NCBI GenBank assembly: GCA_046758905.1
Contig: JBHIBC010000001.1
Location: 32,343-96,342 of the forward strand
DNA from: Acidobacteriota bacterium
GTDB lineage: Bacteria; Acidobacteriota; Polarisedimenticolia; Gp22-AA2
DNA: 64,000 nucleotides
Reading direction: 5' to 3'
The translations under genes and the position numbers were made by a program. Positions 57,880 to 64,000 of the stretch are shown piece after piece (position 1 is the stretch's first letter; each line of letters opens with the position of its first letter). The notes beneath the pieces were generated by a model. The model did not search any database. It saw only the letters and a program-made list of their open reading frames with translations, and was not told where the DNA came from.

Positions 57880-60384
57880 TCACCCGACGACGATGTTGAG
57901 CAGCCTCCCCGGCAGGTAGATCGTCTTCCTGAGCTCGCGCCCCTCGAGGTGGGCGGCGACCCGGCGATCGGCGCGGGCCAGCTCGACCACCTCGGCCTCG
58001 GGGAGGGACGCGGTCACGCGCAGGCGGCCGCGCACCCTCCCGTTGACTTGGACCACGAGCTCCACCTCGTCCTCCTCGAGCCAGCGCGGCTCGGGCCGCG
58101 GCCACGGCTGCCCGAGGGCGCTTCCCGTCCCGCCCAGCGCCGCCCACAGCTCCTCCGAGACGTGCGGCGCGAACGGCTGCAAGAGGAGGGCCAGGGTCGA
58201 CCCCAGCTCCTTGAGGTAGGGGGCGTCCCCGTCCCGCCACCCCCTGGCGAACTCCTGACCCGCGTTGAGCAGCTCCATGGCCGCGGCCACGGGCGTGTTG
58301 AGGTGCAGGCGCCGGTCGATGTCGACGGTGACCCTGCGGATGGTCCGGTGGATCTTCCGCCTCAGGGCGGCGCGACGCTCGTCCCCGGCGCCGTCGCCGG
58401 GCCCGAGCCGCGCCGCGGCGGCGAGCTCGCCCGAGCGGGGCATCAGCAGCCGCCACACCTTCTCCAGGAAGCGGAAGCAGCCCTCCACGCCCCGCTCGTC
58501 CCACTCGAGGTCCTTCTCGGGCGGCGCCGCGAACAGAGTGAACAGGCGCGTCGTATCGGCGCCGTAGCGGCGGATCAGGTCGTCGGGGTCGACGATGTTC
58601 CCCTTCGATTTCGACATCGCCGTCCCGCCCTTGAGCACCATGCCCTGGCAGAGGAGGCTCTTCACCGGCTCGCCCGTCGACGCCAGGCCAAGGTCGCGCA
58701 GCACCTTGGCGAAGAACCGGCAGTAGATGAGGTGCATCGTGGCGTGCGTGATCCCGCCGATGTACAGGTCGATCGGGAACCACGAGGCGATGATGTCCGG
58801 CGCGAACGGAGCGCCCTCGTTGCGGGGGTCGCAGTAGCGGTAGAAGTACCAGGAGGAATCGAAGAAGGTGTCCATGGTGTCGGACTCGCGGCGCCCCGGG
58901 CCGCCGCACCTCGGGCAGGGGGCCCTGAGGAACGATTCGTCCCGCGCCAGGGGGGAGCCGCCCGCCCCGGTCAGCGGCACCTCCTCCGGGAGCACGACCG
59001 GCAGATCCTGGTCGGGGACCGGGACCGTCCCGCACCCGTCGCAGTAGATCACCGGGATCGGAGTCCCCCAGTACCGCTGGCGCGATATCCCCCAGTCCAG
59101 CAGCCGGTAGTGGACCGAGGCGCGCGCGTACCCGCCCGACTCGCCCGCCCGGAGCATCTCCCGGCGCGCCTCTCCGGAGGTCCGCCCCGCGTAGGGTCCC
59201 GAGCGGACCAGCACCCCGTCCTCGACCATCGCCGCCTCCGGCTCGTCGTCGCTCGGCGCCGCGCCGGGAGGGACGATCACGGTGCGGATCGGGAGGGAGT
59301 ACCTGCGCGCGAACTCGTAGTCGCGCTCGTCGTGCGCCGGGACCGCCATGACGGCGCCTGTGCCGTACCCCATGAGGACGAAGTTGGCGACGAAGACCGG
59401 CAGCGTGTCCCCGCTATAGGGATTCCGGACCCTGAGCCCGGTGTCCACCCCGGCCTTCTCCACCGGCTCCTCTCCCGGCGCCGCCGGCGCGCGCCGCTCC
59501 TGCTCGCGCAGGAAGGCCTCCACCCGGCGCCCGCGGGGCGACCCCCGCGGGACGCGCGACAGGATCGGATGCCCCGGGGCCACGACGCAGAACGTGGCGC
59601 CGTAGATCGTGTCGAGGCGCGTCGTGAACACCTCGACCGAGTCGGGCGCCCCGCCGCCCGGCGCGCCGACCACCGGGAAGCGGACCAGCGCCCCCTCGCT
59701 GCGTCCGATCCAGCTGCGCTGCATCGATCGGACCCGCTCCGGCCAGCCCGTCAGGCGGTCCAGCTCGGCGTCGAGCTCCTCGGCGTACGCGGTGATCTTC
59801 AGGAACCACTGATCGAGCTCCTTCTGCCCCACCGCACAGTCGCAGCGCCAGCAGCGGCCCCCCTCCACCTGCTCGTTGGCGAGGACCGTCCGGCACGAGG
59901 CGCACCAGTTCACCGCCCGCCGGCTGCGGTAGGCCAGCCCCCGCTCCAGCATGCGCAGGAAGAACCACTGGTTCCAGCGGTAGTAGTCGGGACGGTGCGC
60001 GGCGATCTCCCGGTCCCAGTCGTAGGACAGCCCCAGCCGGCGCAGCTGCCGCCCCATGGCGGCGATGTTGTCATCGGTCCACCGGGCCGGGTGTACGCCG
60101 CGCTGGATCGCCGCGTTCTCGGCGGGCAGGCCGAAGGAGTCCCATCCCATCGGGTGGAGCACCTGGCGGCCGCGCATGCGGTGGTAGCGGGCCACCGCGT
60201 CGCCGATGGCGTAGTTGCGGACGTGCCCCATGTGCAGGCGGCCCGAGGGGTAAGGGAGCATCTCGAGACAGTAGAAATGGGCGCCGCGCGGCTTGGCCGG
60301 CGCCGCGAACGCGCGCGCCTGCCGCCAGCGCTCCTGCCAGCGCCGCTCGATGGTGTCGAAGAGCTCCCTGTAGTCACCCCGCAT
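57880..60384 (-). CDS. leuS: leucyl-tRNA synthetase
   Basis: HIGH (YPSGRLHMGHVRNY) and KMSKS (MSKSKGN) motifs are present over 834 aa. Confidence 0.95.
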   Translation of the reverse strand: MRGDYRELFDTIERRWQERWRQARAFAAPAKPRGAHFYCLEMLPYPSGRLHMGHVRNYAIGDAVARYHRMRGRQVLHPMGWDSFGLPAENAAIQRGVHPARWTDDNIAAMGRQLRRLGLSYDWDREIAAHRPDYYRWNQWFFLRMLERGLAYRSRRAVNWCASCRTVLANEQVEGGRCWRCDCAVGQKELDQWFLKITAYAEELDAELDRLTGWPERVRSMQRSWIGRSEGALVRFPVVGAPGGGAPDSVEVFTTRLDTIYGATFCVVAPGHPILSRVPRGSPRGRRVEAFLREQERRAPAAPGEEPVEKAGVDTGLRVRNPYSGDTLPVFVANFVLMGYGTGAVMAVPAHDERDYEFARRYSLPIRTVIVPPGAAPSDDEPEAAMVEDGVLVRSGPYAGRTSGEARREMLRAGESGGYARASVHYRLLDWGISRQRYWGTPIPVIYCDGCGTVPVPDQDLPVVLPEEVPLTGAGGSPLARDESFLRAPCPRCGGPGRRESDTMDTFFDSSWYFYRYCDPRNEGAPFAPDIIASWFPIDLYIGGITHATMHLIYCRFFAKVLRDLGLASTGEPVKSLLCQGMVLKGGTAMSKSKGNIVDPDDLIRRYGADTTRLFTLFAAPPEKDLEWDERGVEGCFRFLEKVWRLLMPRSGELAAAARLGPGDGAGDERRAALRRKIHRTIRRVTVDIDRRLHLNTPVAAAMELLNAGQEFARGWRDGDAPYLKELGSTLALLLQPFAPHVSEELWAALGGTGSALGQPWPRPEPRWLEEDEVELVVQVNGRVRGRLRVTASLPEAEVVELARADRRVAAHLEGRELRKTIYLPGRLLNIVVG

Positions 60385-60591
60385 CGTCGCCCTGTGGACC
60401 GGAGAGGGCCTCCGGACCGGACTCCGGAGGCAACCCTGTGGGGAGCGTATTGTAGCGGAAAAGCGCGTCCGGGCGCGCTCCCCCGTGCGGCGCGAGCACC
60501 GCCGCGAGCGGCTGCCGACGCCGCTCGCGGCGCGACCCGCGGAGCCGCGGTTTCAGGATCGTAACGCCGGAAGCCTCGCCGGGTCCGCAAC

Positions 60592-60619
60592 TTGATGCGC
60601 CGCACTGTGAACATATATT
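60592..60619 (+). promoter_or_regulatory. near-consensus sigma70 promoter TTGATG-N16-TATATT upstream of the rSAM peptide-modification operon
   Basis: The hexamers were read from the sequence. A strong SD (AGGGAGGAA) lies 5 nt before the ATG at 60656. Confidence 0.5.
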
Positions 60620-60655
60620 GCCTGAGCTGCGGCCCGCAGCGCCAGGGAGGAACCG

Positions 60656-61804
60656 ATGCTCGGCGCCCCATCGCCACGGATCCAGCCTGCCCTCGAGAAG
60701 CCGGCCAACCGATCGACCACGCTGCTCGAGCTGCTGGCGTCCCCGTCCCCCGAGCCGGCGGCGCTGCGCCATGCGTTGCGCTGCCTGCCGGGCGCCGAGG
60801 TGCCGCGGCTGCTCGAGCGGATCCGCTTGCACCGCATCGATGGCCTGGCGCACCGGGTCCTGAGCCGGCTGCCGCGGGGCGCTGCAGACCCGTGGCTGCG
60901 CTCCACGCTGAAGCGCCGTCACCAGCGGATCGCCGCCGCCACCCTGTCGCAGGCGCTGGCGCTGGCGGAGCTGCTGGACGCCTTCAGGAGCGCGCGCGTG
61001 CCGGTGGTGGTCATGCGGGGGCTGCGCTGCGTCGAGGCCGTCTACGGCGACGCCGGCGCCCGGCCGTTCGACGACCACGATCTCCTGATCCCCCGGGCGA
61101 GCGTCGGCAGCGCCCATGCTGTGCTCGAGCGCCAGGGGTTTCGCGAGCGGGCCCGAGGGCTGTACCGCCGTGGCGGTGTGCTCGTCGACCTCCACACCGA
61201 CGCGCTGGGGGCGAGGCGACGCCCCACCCGCCTGGCGGCCTTCCCCGTGTGGACCGAGGTCCTGTTGGCGCGCGCCGTGCCGGGGGTGGTGGCCGGTGCC
61301 CCCGCCTCGATCCTCCCCCTCGAGGACGAGCTGCTCCTGCTGGCCATCCACGTCGTGAAGCACTCCTTCGATCGGCTCATCCGGGTCGCCGATCTGGCGC
61401 ACCTGATCGCGAGCCGCGCCTCGTCGATCGATTGGGAGGCGCTGCGCCGCCGGTGCGAGGCGACGCGCACCGACAAGCTCCTCGGGTGGGCTCTGGAGGC
61501 GGCCGCCCTGCTGGGCGCGCCGTCGCCGCCGGAGCTGCGCGCGGAGGGCGGCGCGGGCCGGCTCGAGAGAGCCCTGATGCGGCGCGCGCTGGCGTGGAGG
61601 CCGGTGCCGTACACGGGAGAGATCCTCATGGCCCTCGCCATCCCCTCCCGCGCCCGACGCCTGGCGTTCCTCCTGGACGCGCTGGTGCCGGGAGGAGAGG
61701 TGCCGGACGGCCTGCGCAGGAGGACCGCCTTCGTCTCCGGACGGACCGTGGCTCTGATGCGCGACGGCGTCCGGCACATCGCTTCCCGCGGAGGCGGCCG
61801 GTGA
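60656..61804 (+). CDS. nucleotidyltransferase family protein (NTP_transf_5/PF14907-like)
   Basis: The core block is VVVMRGLRCVEAVYGDAGARPFDDHDLLIP. It is typical of the uncharacterised nucleotidyltransferases found beside PqqD-like proteins in peptide-modification loci. Confidence 0.6.
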   Translation: MLGAPSPRIQPALEKPANRSTTLLELLASPSPEPAALRHALRCLPGAEVPRLLERIRLHRIDGLAHRVLSRLPRGAADPWLRSTLKRRHQRIAAATLSQALALAELLDAFRSARVPVVVMRGLRCVEAVYGDAGARPFDDHDLLIPRASVGSAHAVLERQGFRERARGLYRRGGVLVDLHTDALGARRRPTRLAAFPVWTEVLLARAVPGVVAGAPASILPLEDELLLLAIHVVKHSFDRLIRVADLAHLIASRASSIDWEALRRRCEATRTDKLLGWALEAAALLGAPSPPELRAEGGAGRLERALMRRALAWRPVPYTGEILMALAIPSRARRLAFLLDALVPGGEVPDGLRRRTAFVSGRTVALMRDGVRHIASRGGGR

Positions 61805-62115
61805 GCGCCCCGGACCTCGATCGCGTCGCCCTGCACCCCTCTCCCGATGTGGTCTCGCGGGACATCGCGGGTGAGCATCTGCTGGTGCCGGTGCGCCGCG
61901 GTGCGGCGCAGATGGATTACATCTTCACCGCCAACCGGGTCGGGGCGCGCATCTTCGGCCTGCTCGACGGCCGCCGCGCGGCGCTGGAGATCGCGCGGCT
62001 CGTCAGCCTCGAGTTCGAGGTCGCACCGGAGCGCGCCCATGCGGACGTCCTGGGGTTCCTGCTGGCGTTGTGGCGCTCGGGGCTGGCGCGCCCGGTGGAG
62101 GAGCGAGGTCCATGA
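61801..62115 (+). CDS. PqqD-family protein (RiPP recognition element-like)
   Basis: It is ~105 aa with a GTG start overlapping the upstream stop (GTGA). The PqqD pattern is GEHLLVPVRRGAAQMDYIFTANRVGARIFGLLDGRRAALEIARLV...ADVLGFLLALWRSGL. It corresponds only to the C-terminal part of track ORF 60592..62115. Confidence 0.65.
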   Translation: MSAPDLDRVALHPSPDVVSRDIAGEHLLVPVRRGAAQMDYIFTANRVGARIFGLLDGRRAALEIARLVSLEFEVAPERAHADVLGFLLALWRSGLARPVEERGP

Positions 62116-63425
62116 CCGCCTGTCACGAAGTCTCCTACAGCGAGTGGGGCAACGCTGTGCGGCGAGCCAGCCGGGGAACGCGCCTGCCGCTTTCCGGATC
62201 GTTCGAGATCACCTTCCGGTGCAATCTCCGCTGCGTCCACTGTTACATCCCCGACTTCTCCGGCAGGGGCGAGTTGACGACCGGCGAGGTCAAGAGGGTG
62301 CTGGACGAGATCGCCGACGCGGGCTGTCTCTGGCTTCTGCTGACCGGGGGAGAGATCCTGACGCGGAAGGACTTCCCCGAGATCTATCTGCACGCCAAGC
62401 GGCGGGGCTTCCTGCTGACCCTGTACACCAACGGCACGCTCCTTGATGCCCGCACCGCCGATCTCCTCGCGGAGTACCCGCCCCTGGGCACGGAGATCAC
62501 CCTGTACGGACTGTCGGACGAGACCTATCTCAGGACCACGGGGTTCCCCGGCCGCTTCACCGCCGTGCGCCGGGCGATCGACCTGCTGCTCGAGCGGGGC
62601 TTGCGTCTCGCCCTGAAGGCGGTGGCGATGGAGCCGCTGTCGGGCGAGATCCACCGCATGGAGGAGTTCTGCCGCTCGATCGGCGTCCCTTTCCGCTACG
62701 ACCCGATCATCCACGCCCGCCTGGACGGATCGCTGGCCCCGACCAAGGCCCGGCCCGCGCCCGAGCGGGTGGTCGGCTACGACGGCGACGATCCGGCGCG
62801 CATGGCGGAGTGGCGGAAGTACTACGAGCGCTATGTCCTCGAGGCGCCGCGGACCGATCTCCTGCTGTCGTGCGGCGCGGGGCTCAACAGCTTCCACATC
62901 GACCCCAAGGGGGTTCTGCTCACCTGCGAGGCGCTGCCGCTCAACGGGTACGACCTGCGGCGGGGCAGCTTCCTCGAGGGATGGTACGGCATCGTCGGGG
63001 AGCTTCGCGATCGCAGGGCCGCCGCCGGGAACGTCTGCGCCGGCTGCGAGCTGCGCGGCATGTGCGACCGCTGCCCGGCCACCGCGACCCTGGAGACCGG
63101 CAGCCCCGACGGGTGGATACCGTACTTCTGCGAGATCACCTACCGCCGGGCCGCCCTGCTCGAGAGGGCCAACGGCAACCGGGAGAAAGCCGAGCGCTAT
63201 CTCGCGCACGCCCGTGAGGTCGCCGCCGGCTGGACCCCTCCGGGCGCCATTCTTCCGCGGGCGATCGGGGCCGGCGGCAGCGCGAGCCCCTGTGGGTCGG
63301 GGGGGTGCTCCTCGGGCGCCTGCGCGGCGGGGGCCGCGCGGCCGCAGACCTCCCGTCCGATCCGGACCGAGATCCCCGGGGCATCCCCCGGGCCGAGAAG
63401 GAGGGAGACCGATCATGAATCGTGA
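62112..63425 (+). CDS. radical SAM enzyme with C-terminal SPASM-type auxiliary cysteine cluster (peptide maturase-like)
   Basis: The radical SAM motif is CNLRCVHC. The C-terminal cluster is CAGCELRGMCDRC...YFC. The ATG overlaps the PqqD stop (ATGA). Confidence 0.85.
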   Translation: MTACHEVSYSEWGNAVRRASRGTRLPLSGSFEITFRCNLRCVHCYIPDFSGRGELTTGEVKRVLDEIADAGCLWLLLTGGEILTRKDFPEIYLHAKRRGFLLTLYTNGTLLDARTADLLAEYPPLGTEITLYGLSDETYLRTTGFPGRFTAVRRAIDLLLERGLRLALKAVAMEPLSGEIHRMEEFCRSIGVPFRYDPIIHARLDGSLAPTKARPAPERVVGYDGDDPARMAEWRKYYERYVLEAPRTDLLLSCGAGLNSFHIDPKGVLLTCEALPLNGYDLRRGSFLEGWYGIVGELRDRRAAAGNVCAGCELRGMCDRCPATATLETGSPDGWIPYFCEITYRRAALLERANGNREKAERYLAHAREVAAGWTPPGAILPRAIGAGGSASPCGSGGCSSGACAAGAARPQTSRPIRTEIPGASPGPRRRETDHES

Positions 63426-63606
63426 CCATACGAAGGCGGGGACGGGGCCGCGGCAGGCCTACGAGCCCCCTCAGCTGCGGCGGGTTCGCCTCGTGCCGGA
63501 TGAGGCGGTCCTGGCCTCCTGCAAGAACAACGTCACCAACGGGCCAACCGGGATCGCGGGCAAGTGCATCGGCCAGCCATCCCAGTGTTTCATGAATGAG
63601 TCCTAA
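63415..63606 (+). CDS. 63-aa Cys-containing peptide (candidate RiPP precursor)
   Basis: The peptide is MNRDHTKAGTGPRQAYEPPQLRRVRLVPDEAVLASCKNNVTNGPTGIAGKCIGQPSQCFMNES. Its ATG overlaps the rSAM stop by 11 nt. The strongest SD in the window (AAGGAGGGAG) lies 8 nt upstream. It is the last 63 codons of track ORF 62833..63606. Confidence 0.5.
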   Translation: MNRDHTKAGTGPRQAYEPPQLRRVRLVPDEAVLASCKNNVTNGPTGIAGKCIGQPSQCFMNES

Positions 63607-64000
63607 GGCGGAGAACAGCCTCGTCCTGGAGGTGGCCCGGATCGGTCTGGAGATCCAGGCGACCGACGCGGACATCCGCCTGGTGGCCGAGCCGGCGCAC
63701 CTGCCGTTCCTCGCGGAGGCCCCGGGGGGGGACTGCTCCACCGTGATCCTGGGGCCGTCTTCGGGACGCGCCCTGTACCGCGTGCGGGGCAAGACCCTGT
63801 TCGACACGGGGTCGGTGTGGCGGCTGCAGGAGTATGGCGAGCACCGCCTGCTCACTTTCCGCTCCCCCATCTTCGGACGGGACCCCTACCTGTCGGTCGA
63901 GTTCGACCGCGACTACAGCCACGGGATCGGGCAGACCCTGATCGGCGGCCCCCACCTCGGCCACGGGGAGCTGCACCCGTTCGTCTACCCCTTCGACGAG
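63596..64000 (+). CDS. hypothetical protein, 3' partial (runs off window), not in ORF track
   Basis: ATG at 63596 overlaps the peptide-ORF stop. It is open for 135 codons to the window edge. The translation looks protein-like (MSPKAENSLVLEVARIGLEIQATDADIRLVAEPAHLPFLAEA...). Confidence 0.4.
   Translation, partial: MSPKAENSLVLEVARIGLEIQATDADIRLVAEPAHLPFLAEAPGGDCSTVILGPSSGRALYRVRGKTLFDTGSVWRLQEYGEHRLLTFRSPIFGRDPYLSVEFDRDYSHGIGQTLIGGPHLGHGELHPFVYPFDE

Noticed and set aside
60592-62115. 507-aa ORF spanning the nucleotidyltransferase gene
   Set aside because: Only the C-terminal ~105 aa (PqqD-like, GTG start at 61801) are real. The upstream part is an off-frame reading of the NTP_transf_5 gene.

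Overview
The window is a ~70% GC stretch of a Gram-negative-type bacterial chromosome (Lpt pathway genes and an LptE lipoprotein are present). It is densely packed with housekeeping genes, mostly on the + strand up to ~44.7 kb and on the - strand from 44.7 to 60.4 kb.

Recognisable blocks:
- lptC/A-like, lptB, rpoN, hpf.
- Acyl-CoA dehydrogenase plus a split B12-dependent acyl-CoA mutase.
- Two CheW-like genes followed by a RomR-like response regulator.
- valS; nadC, birA, coaX; comEC.
- An M50 protease and an HU/IHF gene (both - strand); der.
- An MglA-like Ras-family GTPase.
- A CPBP protease and a secreted protein of unknown function.
- glnA and glnE.
- A long translationally coupled operon: cNMP/FHA protein, small ORF, trpS, scpA, scpB, rluB, hisC.
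- rpsA, ihfB, a HIT protein, miaB, a BFN nuclease, parA, parB.
- A fused lptF-lptG permease.
- On the - strand: a HEAT-repeat protein, an AlkP-family/TPR protein, ahcY, metK, dnaE, guaA, holA, lptE, leuS.

The most interesting locus is at the 3' end (60.6-64.0 kb). It is a tightly overlapping operon with a near-consensus promoter. It encodes an NTP_transf_5-like nucleotidyltransferase, a PqqD-like peptide-recognition (RRE) protein, a radical SAM/SPASM enzyme, and a 63-aa Cys-containing peptide with a very strong Shine-Dalgarno (SD) sequence. A further ORF runs off the window edge. This looks like a RiPP-type peptide-modification system, possibly uncharacterised.

Secondary points of interest:
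- An MglA GTPase whose ORF shows a frame anomaly and a possible acidic C-terminal extension.
- An orphan CheW-CheW-RomR-like operon.
- An lptF-lptG gene fusion.
- Several near-consensus sigma70-like promoters, some placed for leaderless transcripts.
- A palindromic operator-like element at the glnA transcription start.
- Codon-usage-atypical parAB flanked by AT-rich palindromic intergenic DNA.

No rRNA, tRNA, CRISPR or transposase genes were seen. Many long antisense or off-frame ORFs in the track are high-GC artefacts. Motif coordinates read from the sequence lines may be off by about 1 nt.
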